A stretch of DNA of 64,000 nucleotides. Origin: an uncultured bacterium. GTDB lineage: Bacteria > Zhuqueibacterota > QNDG01 > DTFT01. The DNA is taken from positions 32,001-96,000 of the forward strand of contig CAVTNR010000001.1 of the NCBI GenBank assembly GCA_963736115.1, in the 5' to 3' direction. The notes beneath the pieces were generated by a model, which saw nothing but the letters and a program-made list of their open reading frames with translations, was not told the origin of the DNA and made no database searches. The position numbers and the translations under genes were made by a program. Below are positions 42,501 to 52,517 of the stretch, piece after piece. Each line of letters begins with the position of its first letter. Positions within the stretch are counted from its first letter, which is position 1.

Positions 42501-43849
42501 ACCACCAGCGCGGCGGCTTCTTTGGCCGCAGCGGATTGCATCCTGGGCTCGAGATCGCCCTTTAACAGGTCGAATCCCTCCTGCGCCAGGTTCTTCAGAT
42601 TCTGATGGGACGATTCCAGCTGATTGATGATGTCGCGGGCCGCTTCCGGCGTGATGCGCTGGATCTCGGACGATGGTGCGGCCTCGACAATGGCCGGTGG
42701 GGGAGGGGCGTTCAGTTTGTTCGCAGCGCTGATCAGTTTCCGGATCAACGCATTCGATTTTTCGGCGGTCTCCGGTTCGGATTCCGGATGGCGGGATGGA
42801 TCGAGCAGTTGTTTGGCGGACCGGTATGCGCTGCTGGCGGGGAACTCGATTTTCCGCCAGAGCAGGCGTTTATCATGGATCAGTGCGATGATGAGAGGCG
42901 GCAGCCTGCCGCCGGATAACGAATCGGCCAGAGAACGGGGCAGATCCTCGGCCGGCATCTCAAAAAGCGAACAGATATGGTCCAGAAGGACCATGGCTTC
43001 AGGGCATTCCTTCACCTCGATTTTTTCCTTCAATTTCCGGATGGAAGAGACAGGGTAACCGATGATCAGCCATTGAACCGCGCTGATGACGAATGCCGGT
43101 ATCCCGGATTTCCGTTTCCTGCTCCGTTCCAGAATATCCCCCAGCAGCGGGGTTAGGGTCTCCATCCGCTTGCGGCTGGCTTCTTGCTCCAGATGCCGCT
43201 CGGCTTCAAGGTCAATAACGCCCGACCACCGGCATTCGTCCTCGCCGCTGAACCGGTTCATGGGCCCCGCGTCTGGTTCGGACGTTTCCTTTTTGGAAGG
43301 ATCTCCCTTCATGCCGGAAGGCATCGGCGCCGGCTGATCCGATTTCCTTGCTTCGGCTTCAACTGAGGCCAGGCTTTTTGGGGGTGTGAAATTGAGCAGA
43401 TCCTTTTCGAATGTATTCTCTTTTCCACGGATCTTCGAGATGATCCGATCGGCTTTTTTTCTCAAACCGTCCGGTTCGTACTCAGTTCGGCCTTTGTACC
43501 CATCGTTCAATTCATGATGCAGAATGGCGATGTGCGCCCAAAGCCGGTGGCTGGTGGGGCACAGCTTGACGGCATCCTTGAGCCATCGGCAGGCCGTTTC
43601 CAAGCTTCCGAGCGATATATAGAGACGAGCCAGATGATAGGAGTAACGGGGGTTCGTGTCGTCGATCCTGCGAGCTTCCAGAAGAAGGCGGATCGCGTCT
43701 GGAACGGGCGTTCGGGGGTGAAGCGCAAGGCGGAACAGGGATTCCGCCAGAGCCTCGGCGGATTCAAAGGAATGGCTGCGCTTCCGCTCTTCCCTGAACT
43801 TCTCGATAGCCCGATTGAGCCGCTCGGTGTCATAAACCAGTTTTTTCAT
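39530..43849 (-). CDS. Giant TPR/helical protein (~1440 aa) split by two apparent frameshifts (~42135, ~40562)
   Basis: ORFs 42074..43849, 40369..42261 and 39530..40561 overlap with continuous coding character. TPR motifs NPRYSYHLARLY, ALKNIAVC, AVYYYAFCLF. Confidence 0.65.
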
Positions 43850-43850
43850 G

Positions 43851-45575
43851 CTACGCCTTTCCGAAGAGGGACTGTAGCCGTGATCCGTCCGAAATCTGAA
43901 TGCCTCCGGTGGAGCCGAGCGCCAGGGAATCGATGCGGGGGTTGAAACTCAGAATGCCTGCGGCATGCGTGTATACGATTTGGCCGTTCTTGAGAAGGGC
44001 ATAGGTGTGGTCAGGATAAACGAATGAGACGTAGTGATCTTCATCCTGCACGCCGATACAGTAAGGCCTGGCGCCCTTTGTCGCATGGAATTTGATTCGC
44101 GGTACCAGCTGTTCGTCCACGAAAAGGCCGCTGCCGGTCTCATCCAAAGCAAGAATTCGATTTTCGGAGGGCATCGCATGGGATATGTTTGCCAGATTGG
44201 AATGCCAGGGTGTCATCTTCCATTCGGCTAGAGAATACTGGTACAGTTTCTTTTCGCCGATCATGACAATATGGTCCTTGAAGCGTTTCATCCCGATGAT
44301 GGAACGTTCCACCGGGAATTGTCGGACTGGCTGGTTCTCATGATACACGCAGAAATGACCCTGAAAATCGACAAGGCAGACGACCCGTCCGTCCGACTGG
44401 AAATCAAGGATTCCTGCCGGATGGCTGAACGACAGGCTTTTCTCACAGGAAGAGGAGTCGATCCGGACCATGTCGCCGTTCCACATTCCAACCATTACCT
44501 GTTCGCCGATGAGAATGCAATTCCCGGGAATTGCATACGATGGATTGCCCGGTTGTAATTGGATTTCCTTGCATTCACCGGTTTCCCGAATCAGAAAGAT
44601 GTTTCCGCACCAGTCGGCAAGTGCTATCAAACTGCCGGTGCATTGAATTTTTTTCATCTTCGAATGTACACGGACTTTGCCCAATAATTGTCCAGACAGG
44701 TCGAATACCCGGATATCGGTCAGATCGACCACGATGAACGCCTTACTTGTTTCGAAGAAATGGACTTGGGTGTTTTCTGGAGACCGGCCATATGGAACGG
44801 AAACGCCAGGACCTGGCGGAGGAGGTGGTGGTGTAGATACGACCTCGAAAGGATTGCTTGATGATGATTTATACCCATCGGAACTGGCCGTAATGATGAC
44901 ATGACCGACTGAATGCCGGAAGGACAGGTCATTAAATACCGCAACCCCCTGGGATGTCTTCTGTTTGAGGGTACCCTGAAATCCATCTATATTTGCTGTC
45001 AATTCAACAATTTGGTCTTCTGAGCCGGGTTGTCCCCGGTCGGAGAGTGAAAGGCTTATTGGAGGTAATGTATTGTGAATGACGACGTTGCCCAAAGGGG
45101 CTGCCCATTCAAGTTGTGGTACTTCACTGGTTATATTCAAACCCAAATCATGAATCAGTCGTGACAGCCAATGATCTGGATGTTTTTTTACGTCGAGATA
45201 ATGGATATGATTGATCGACATGGGAATCAGGGATTTTGCCTCTTGATCGAGAAGAATAGGAAATATCTTGCCGGCGCTCCCGGTCGGATCAATTTGCAAA
45301 GTCTTTGTCAGTTCCCATTGAGTCATTTGTTTGTTAAAATATAGCGTGGAATAAACCAGAATTACGCATCGGCTCCGGAAAATAGCTTTTGCAAGAGCGT
45401 CGAGATATGATTGAGAAATTTGAAGACCGTTATCTTCATCCAGGAAAATGCCCGGTCTTTTTCCTTGTGGCGTTTTACATTGAGTCAATGGGATGTACAG
45501 GGAATTTTTAACCCAATCGTACTCTTCGCGCGCATAGCTGATGAAAATGTCGTAGGTGAATTCGCTGTTTTCCAT
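43851..45575 (-). CDS. TIR domain + Ig-like + poly-Pro linker + beta-propeller protein
   Basis: YDIFISYA…IFLD…AIFRSRCVILVYS…WEL (catalytic-position Glu), GVAVFNDLSF Ig strand, PPPPPPGP, then WD-like blades. Confidence 0.85.
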   Translation of the reverse strand: MENSEFTYDIFISYAREEYDWVKNSLYIPLTQCKTPQGKRPGIFLDEDNGLQISQSYLDALAKAIFRSRCVILVYSTLYFNKQMTQWELTKTLQIDPTGSAGKIFPILLDQEAKSLIPMSINHIHYLDVKKHPDHWLSRLIHDLGLNITSEVPQLEWAAPLGNVVIHNTLPPISLSLSDRGQPGSEDQIVELTANIDGFQGTLKQKTSQGVAVFNDLSFRHSVGHVIITASSDGYKSSSSNPFEVVSTPPPPPPGPGVSVPYGRSPENTQVHFFETSKAFIVVDLTDIRVFDLSGQLLGKVRVHSKMKKIQCTGSLIALADWCGNIFLIRETGECKEIQLQPGNPSYAIPGNCILIGEQVMVGMWNGDMVRIDSSSCEKSLSFSHPAGILDFQSDGRVVCLVDFQGHFCVYHENQPVRQFPVERSIIGMKRFKDHIVMIGEKKLYQYSLAEWKMTPWHSNLANISHAMPSENRILALDETGSGLFVDEQLVPRIKFHATKGARPYCIGVQDEDHYVSFVYPDHTYALLKNGQIVYTHAAGILSFNPRIDSLALGSTGGIQISDGSRLQSLFGKA

Positions 45576-45626
45576 TGAGGTCCTCTCGCGGCTGATCGGG
45601 AAACCTGAGAAAATTGAACGACCGGT

Positions 45627-46496
45627 TCAGTACCGGCCGAACCGCTTCAACGAAGATTCGAAATGCCCTTCCCTGACGAAATCCATCAATGCGTTGATCC
45701 GGCAGGGGATGAACGGATGACCCGCATTCATGTTGATCGGTCCAGCGACCGGGGCCGAGACGAGCAGCGGATATTGAACCGAAAGGTATTTCTCAAGATC
45801 CACGTTACGGGCCAGTTCCACGCTTTTCAGGGCGACGGACAGCAGAGCAGAGGCGGCCTGTTTCCAGTCGCCGCACATCAGAAGACCGATCCGGTCGCAC
45901 CGGATTTCCATGCTTCGACAGTTGGCCATGACCTGGCGGTACACATTTTTCCATTCCTGGCCGGGAATGACGCGGTTCAGGACGTCTTCCTGGTTGTTGT
46001 CCACGAGATCCCGGATCAGGAATCCCAGCGACATTTCGCGGCACCATTCAGAGGTGTAGCTCAACAGATGCCCAGTTTCATGCCCGATGACGAAGGCCAA
46101 TTCGATCTCGTTGAGGTTTTCAACCAGCCGGGTTCCGAGCAGCATGATGGGCCGTTTATGACTGACCACACTGACCGCGGACCAGGAATCGATGCCCTTA
46201 CGGCCAAGATCCGAGACGACATAGACCTCGGGCCTGGCCCAGCCTGATTGACTGTACAGGTATTCGAACAATCGGTCCAGTCCGGGCAGCAACCGATAAT
46301 CGACCAGCAGGCCGCCATCCAGTCCGATGATCCGTATTTTCTCGGTCCACTCGTCATGCCGGGATTCGTAGCGATCCAGGCCCGGCACCTGGGCCTCAAT
46401 CCGGGACAGTGGGACGGATTCCCAGAGAAGCTGGAGATCGATAGCGCCCAGCCTGGGGAGCGATTGGGTATCGATGTCTTTCGAGATGAGTTTCAA
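45627..46496 (-). CDS. M48-family zinc metallopeptidase (soluble)
   Basis: ELAFVIGHETGH (HExxH), EIRCDRIG, HPFIPCR. No TM segment. Confidence 0.85.
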   Translation of the reverse strand: MKLISKDIDTQSLPRLGAIDLQLLWESVPLSRIEAQVPGLDRYESRHDEWTEKIRIIGLDGGLLVDYRLLPGLDRLFEYLYSQSGWARPEVYVVSDLGRKGIDSWSAVSVVSHKRPIMLLGTRLVENLNEIELAFVIGHETGHLLSYTSEWCREMSLGFLIRDLVDNNQEDVLNRVIPGQEWKNVYRQVMANCRSMEIRCDRIGLLMCGDWKQAASALLSVALKSVELARNVDLEKYLSVQYPLLVSAPVAGPINMNAGHPFIPCRINALMDFVREGHFESSLKRFGRY

Positions 46497-46508
46497 GGCT
46501 GTCTATTC

Positions 46509-48608
46509 CTATAATACACTATTGATTTGGGAGAGAATACCTTCGTACTGGGATACCATCTGCGACAGTGCATCCATCGCTCCCTTCGAAGAAACCTTCA
46601 TTTGAGCCAGGGATGCAGCGGATTTGGCGTTGGATACCCTGCCCCGGAAATTTTCCAGATCGTAACGACTCGTGAACTTCGAACCGGACTTCAACACTCC
46701 GATGATGGACAGGAATTCCTTCCCGTGTTCGTCGACGACAGCCTTGTCCTTGAACTGCGCCCGGAACGAGGCGTTCATGTCCTCGACCTGTTTGAGGTTG
46801 CGCTCCACTGCCTCTTCCAGCTGGTCGAGATTTTTTCTGGCGACATCCGTGATCAGCTTGCGGTTCAGGGCCGGAATCTCCCGCTTCAGTTTCCGCAGAT
46901 CCTCGGTGATCTCTTCCAACTTGGTCTCTGAGTCGATTCCTGATTTCGCCCGTTCCATGATGGCCTTGAAACGCTCGCCGGCCTGCTGGATTACCGCGGC
47001 ATCATTTTTCTGATCCTCGATGATCTTGCTCAGGGATTGCAGCGCTTCCAGATTGCGGTCAACCGCCTTGTCGAGCTGGGCCAGCGTCGCTTTAGAGTCA
47101 TCACCCGTAATGTCGGTCAGAGCCCGAGTGGCCTGTTTTTTCACTTCTTTCAACCGCTTGAGGAGCTCCTCGAACACCTGGGGGCTGTCGATTCCCTGCT
47201 TGGCCCTTTCCATGATGGATACGAATTCAGTGATGATGGTGTTGACTCTCCGGGTCTCCTCCTGACGCTTGATCAGCATCGAACGGATGCTCTGAAAGAA
47301 ATGGATCGCCTGCTCGACCTGGGCGAGTAGTTGGGCCGGAACGGGCTGACCCGGATCGGCTGCGGCCTGTCGGGCAAATTGGCGGGTTGTATCCAGTTCG
47401 GAAAGAACCGTATCAATGTCCGGGAGGCGCTGGTTCTGGAACGCGTCGTTGAACTGGCGGAATCGGCAGGCGGCGGTCAGGAAACTGAGAAATGGATATT
47501 CTGGAACGTACCGAAGCGCTGTGAATAAAATGCGCTCAGCGCCTGTAAAATCGCCTTGATTCATATGCTGTTGGGCCACTTGGACCTCGTCCCGTACGAT
47601 TAGGGACTGGAGTTTCTCCCGGTCCGCGGGCGATCCGGCCATCTTCACTTCGGAAATTTTCTTCGAGGAACCAAGCCGACCCAGCAGACCACCCGTTGAG
47701 AACTGCCTGAGATAGGCCTCGAACAACCGGGCTTCAGTGGTTCCCTTGTATCGGTCATCGACCTTCCCGAGCGCCCTCAATGCCCGCCCGAATTCCTCCT
47801 TTTTGAAATGCTCGATGGCCGGATGCAGTGCCATGTACAGGAGCTGGGATTCCAGATCGTTTTTCAAGCCGTTCAGAATCGACGGTACGTTGTGCCCGGC
47901 GACGCGGATCCCTTCCAGAACGCACTCGTACGCGGCGGCTGGGTTCCGCTGCCCCATCAGGAGGATCGCCTTGAAGGCATAGTATTCGGCGCGGCTTGGA
48001 TCGAGCTGCATCAGTTCGGACAGCTGGTTGAACAGCATGTTCGCGCTGAGGAGCATGAGAATGGGAAACTTGACGTAAACCTGGCCGCAGGCTTTCGTCT
48101 TCAGCATAGCGATCAGATCGGCGAGCGGTTTTCCCGTATGGGCGCCGTCTATGGAGGCGAGGATCCGCAGGGCGGTGATCTGCGTGCTGAGCGTTCCGAT
48201 CGGAGAATCCGAGTTCAGGATGCACAGCGCCTTCAGGTACAGGGCCTCGGGATGGGCTGGTTTCTTGGCCAGGTAGGCATCGAGCTTCTGAACGGCTTCC
48301 TGGTATTCTTTTTTCTGAATGTGCGCTTTCGCCTGCTGCAGCAGTGCGATGTCCACGTCGATGAGACCGCCTACCTGACGGAAGGCATCGTCCGGCAGTA
48401 TTTCCCCCAGACGCAGCGACTCATCCGACTTGGCACTGGCGGCCATTTTGTTGAGCTCCGCTTGGACGTCGAAGCCGTTCATCTTGGCCTTGCTGGGGTC
48501 GATGACCGGACCCTTCAGCACGAAACCTTCCTTGAACTCCGGCACCTTAGTGGAGACCTTCATCAACTCCGGTGCTTCAACGAACTGGCTTTCTTTAACG
48601 GCGGTCAT
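46509..48608 (-). CDS. TPR protein with three C-terminal ~85-aa helical repeats
   Basis: HPEALYLKALC and DPSRAEYYAFKA TPRs; repeats of F..IMERAK.GIDS…AV.RNL. Confidence 0.8.
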   Translation of the reverse strand: MTAVKESQFVEAPELMKVSTKVPEFKEGFVLKGPVIDPSKAKMNGFDVQAELNKMAASAKSDESLRLGEILPDDAFRQVGGLIDVDIALLQQAKAHIQKKEYQEAVQKLDAYLAKKPAHPEALYLKALCILNSDSPIGTLSTQITALRILASIDGAHTGKPLADLIAMLKTKACGQVYVKFPILMLLSANMLFNQLSELMQLDPSRAEYYAFKAILLMGQRNPAAAYECVLEGIRVAGHNVPSILNGLKNDLESQLLYMALHPAIEHFKKEEFGRALRALGKVDDRYKGTTEARLFEAYLRQFSTGGLLGRLGSSKKISEVKMAGSPADREKLQSLIVRDEVQVAQQHMNQGDFTGAERILFTALRYVPEYPFLSFLTAACRFRQFNDAFQNQRLPDIDTVLSELDTTRQFARQAAADPGQPVPAQLLAQVEQAIHFFQSIRSMLIKRQEETRRVNTIITEFVSIMERAKQGIDSPQVFEELLKRLKEVKKQATRALTDITGDDSKATLAQLDKAVDRNLEALQSLSKIIEDQKNDAAVIQQAGERFKAIMERAKSGIDSETKLEEITEDLRKLKREIPALNRKLITDVARKNLDQLEEAVERNLKQVEDMNASFRAQFKDKAVVDEHGKEFLSIIGVLKSGSKFTSRYDLENFRGRVSNAKSAASLAQMKVSSKGAMDALSQMVSQYEGILSQINSVL

Positions 48609-48619
48609 GGAGATTCCCT

Positions 48620-48847
48620 TTATTCTAGATCGATATTCTCAGGCTCCGGCACGTTTTCGAGTAGATGTTCGGCGGACCGCCGGCATAACTGGTATTCCTT
48701 CTCCTGGGTGATATCCGTCAGCTCAAGGATCGAGGATACGACGTTCATCTGTTCCGTCGAGAATTCCTCTGCTTTCGTGACGCTTTCGGAGCTCACAACC
48801 AGCGCTTCGAGCATCTTTTTCCTGTTGAGAGACTGGGTTTTGGCCAT
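48620..48847 (-). CDS. 75-aa acidic helical hypothetical protein
   Basis: Fits tightly in the operon (gaps of 3 and 11 bp). RBS gaggtga. Confidence 0.7.
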   Translation of the reverse strand: MAKTQSLNRKKMLEALVVSSESVTKAEEFSTEQMNVVSSILELTDITQEKEYQLCRRSAEHLLENVPEPENIDLE

Positions 48848-48850
48848 GGA

Positions 48851-50904
48851 TCACCTCTTTTTCCTGGTTTCCTTCGGGGCGGCCGGTTTGATCCTTCGCG
48901 TTTTCGCGGGTGGGCCTGCTTCCAAAAGGAGGATTTCCGCCGGCTCCGGGGTTAAAATACCTTCCTTTTCATCCTCCTCTTCAGGCAGCAGCACTTCGCC
49001 GGTGTAGACCAGAACCCGGTTGACTTTCGCCTCCACCTGATCGTAGGTGTCCTTGATCCGCTGAGTGTTTTCCGAAATCTCTTTCATCGATTTTTCCAAT
49101 TCCTCTTCGGCCTTTTTCCCCTTTCCGGCGGGGTCTTTCGATGCGCCGGCCTTGATCGCGCCGATGATGGCGCCCATCCGCTTACGGATGAATTCCTGCC
49201 GGGTGGAAAGGTTCTGAATGGTCGGCCCTTCGCCGCTGGTCGCCTGATCTTCGGTTATCATTTCCCCAAGGAGATGCCTGAAATGCGGGAAGGCTTCCAG
49301 GCGATGGATCAACTTTTCCTTCAGCTCCTCCTTCAGTACCTGAGGGACGCTTTTATTGTCCAGATAATTATTGACGATCGAAAAGTATGTTTTGATGGAA
49401 TCCTTCTGGAGTTCGTCCAGTTTTCTTTCCCGCTTGATGATGAGGTCCACCTCGGGAACTAGCGAGCTCGATTTCTCGAGCATGTCCAGCGACTCCTCCC
49501 GAAGCGCATTGTGGAAGAAGAAATAATCGACCAGCCCCTGAATCAGTTTGGGGTCGGGCATTTCGGAATCGATGGCCATGACCTTGTTCAGGCGATCACG
49601 AAGGCTATCCCGTTCCGCAGGGGTCAGGCCCGATTTTTCGTCTTTTTCGCACCATTCGTGAATCAGGGAGACCGCATGCCAGAGAAGGACGTTCCGGATC
49701 AGAAGGTCCTTGTCGTCAAGTTTGCGCTCGCCTTCACCCGCGTATTCATCGCCGCCGGATTTACCGGTTTTCGCCTTTTGCGATTGAGGATCCCCGTAGT
49801 CTTTTTCGAGCTTTTGTACAATACCCATCAGGGGTTTCCGCAGCTGGCTCCGTTCTCCGGAACACCACCGGCAGAGCAGAAGTCCGATTTCGGCGTTCAT
49901 CGTCGAACGCTTCTCCTGCGTCGCCCGTGCTTCCGCCGCCTCGAAATATTCCCTGGCCTGGAGGAATTCCTTGTTGAAAAGCGAAACAATGCCCAATGTG
50001 ACCTGGTGATCGCTGATACTTCCGGGAACCCGGTCTGCATGCACGCCCAGACTCCGTACGCGGTCAAAGTACTGAACAGCCTCCTTGATTTCGCGCTTTT
50101 TCCAGTGTTCTTTCCCGAGATTGAAGCAGGCGATGCTCATCAGCTCCTTCGATTTGAGAAAATCCTGGAGTGCATCCTGGTTGGTATCGTATATCTCATA
50201 AGCGTACTTGTATTTCTCCACTTTTACTTTCGCCCAAAGGTCCAAATACTGAACCGCCGGATCCGATAGGTTTACCCTAGACAGGTCCTCTATCGTCCCG
50301 CTGCAGTCGTCTCGCAGGGCGCGGAGGTAGGCGCGCGCAAAATAGGCCTCATCGAGGTCGTTCTGTTTGAGCCCTGAGGTGATGGCCTTTGTCAGCAGAT
50401 CCTCCGCGTCCGTATACTCGGTTCTCCTCTCCTGATCGATGATCCGGAGCGCCTGAAGCAGGGGTTTTCTTTTCTTCGCGGGCTGAATGATCGAGAAAAA
50501 AAGAATGAGCCCCAGAATCACCAGGATCAGAAAACCGAGCACGGTACCGCCGATCAGGATCAGACTTCTGTCTATTCCGGCGAACAGTCCCTTTTTCTCT
50601 CCGGCTGATTCTTCGGTCAGACCGGTTTCTGCGGCGCCGCGCCCGGAAGGGGATACTGCCGGAGTTCCCGATGGTCCGGTTTCGGGCGGAACGGAAGCCG
50701 AACTGTCGGCCGGGCCGACGGTTGTCCATGTGTGGTCCGGCTTGAGCAAGACCTGTGCGCGCCCTTCGTCCGGGCGAGTTCGTCGGCCACCGACGGAGCG
50801 GCGAGTATCGCCACAAGGAGAAGGATCGTCAGCCCCATGGCTTTCGTCCGGCTATTTTGTCCCATCGGAAGTTTGTTTCGGAAAATCCGCCTTGATCGCC
50901 GCAT
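48851..50904 (-). CDS. Single-pass membrane TPR/coiled-coil protein with signal peptide and short DUF3157-like exodomain; frameshift ~50765
   Basis: The signal MGLTILLLVAILAAPSVA joins with a one-base change to AQVLLKPDHTW. TM LILIGG…FFSII is followed by KKRK, then TPRs. Confidence 0.7.
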
Positions 50905-50934
50905 TTTCCCCTCTTTCCTTTTTTCTGGATACCG

Positions 50935-52517
50935 TTACCGTCTGCAGTCTGTCAGCATTTTCTCGAGCTGGAGGATCCGGCTGCCGAAACGCTCGATGAC
51001 CGCGGGCTCGACGCGCCGCGGATCCGTGACGGGATATCGTGCGACCGTGGACAAGGCGTTTTTAATCCCGTCCAGGAAGGCGCGAGCAGCCTCGAACTTG
51101 CCGGGGCTCTCCGGGATTTCACCGATCAACGCTTCCGAGTACAGCAGGGTCCGCGGAAATTCCCACCACATGAAGGTTGGCTGCCCTCGGGACGGGTCCC
51201 CACTTGCACTGGATGAGTAGTAAAGGTACGGGTGAAGAACCTGCTGGGCATTGACAAACTGGCCCTTTTTAATGAAATAGGACGTCACTTCCATGAACAG
51301 TCTGTCCCTATCGGTGGTTGGAAGCGCATGATAATCACGCCACGCCATGGCGATCATCTTGGCCGGGCTGTCCATCTGAATCTTCGACGGCGCGTCGGTG
51401 TGGTCCGGACCGGTCCAGTTGAGAAGAATCGCGAGCTGCAGCCGGTGGGATTCGATGTTCCCGGCGGGAGCCGATTGGACGGCCCGTTCGAGCCATTCCA
51501 AGCCAGCAACCGCGTCCTGAAGATCCTCCTTTGCGATCCTTCCGGCTAGTAGAAGGAGATCGAACCGGCTCTCTCCCAGACAGACATCCCCGATGAAATC
51601 GATGGCCTTTTGAAACCGTTTTTTAGCCCGGAGGTCTTCCACGACGGCTCGGGGATCCAGGCGGTCTGCGAGGTCCCGCAGCTTGACGGCCGCCTGGGCT
51701 GGATCCGCGTCTGCTCGGATCCGGGGATCTGGATCCAGTGCGGTCCGTACCATGTGCACGACTTCCGGATACAGATCGACCCGGTCGATCCAGATAGGCA
51801 TTCTTTTCGTGAGCCCCTCCGGCTCGAACAGGGTGCTGGACGCCCCTTTTTGAATGAGCAAGAAGGGGTCTTCCGTCGCGCTCCATGAAAAGAGGCATTG
51901 CATCATCATAACCCCGCACACGTAAATATCGAGGTTTCGGTCCCGGATCATTTTTCGGTTCCCCCGGATGAGTTCGGGGGCCAGAAATGGGATTCGGGAG
52001 GGTTCGGCGAGCAGTGTTTCGAAACGCGGCCAGTACCCCAGGACGGAAGCGCCAGCAGAACCGGCCACTGATCCTTGAATACGATGTCCGCAGGCATGGG
52101 GTAATTCACTTCCCCGTTCGTCTCCCACCAGACGGGCAGGGAACCGGCGACCTTCGACATGAGGAAAAGGCGGTTCCGTGGGTCGGCTTCGGACAGCAGT
52201 TCGAGCATGCTGCGTCCGCTTGTTTCATAGGCCACGTAGAAAAACAGGCTGCCCTGCACCGTCACGTCGCCGGTCTCCACGATCTGCGCCAGTCCCTGCC
52301 TTTGCGGTTTGCCGATCCACCCGTCTATTTCCGAGCGTTGGGTGAGCGACAGGACATCGTCGATCGGAAGGAGGCGGAAATACCGACTTCCGGATGCCTC
52401 CCGGTACACATAACCCCGCAGGCTCGGGCCCACGTATTCGAGCCGCTCGCCGGCCCTGCCGACCTGTAGCGTCGCGGGCGGGTTCAGCGGGTCATTTTTT
52501 CGCTTTTGCGTAGACAT
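50935..52517 (-). CDS. Degenerate protein-kinase-like domain + TPR; frameshift ~52038
   Basis: PMPADIVF (catalytic-loop-like), FLAPEL, DIYVCG, ALDPDPRIR. No HRD or DFG. C-terminal TPR-like helices. Confidence 0.65.
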
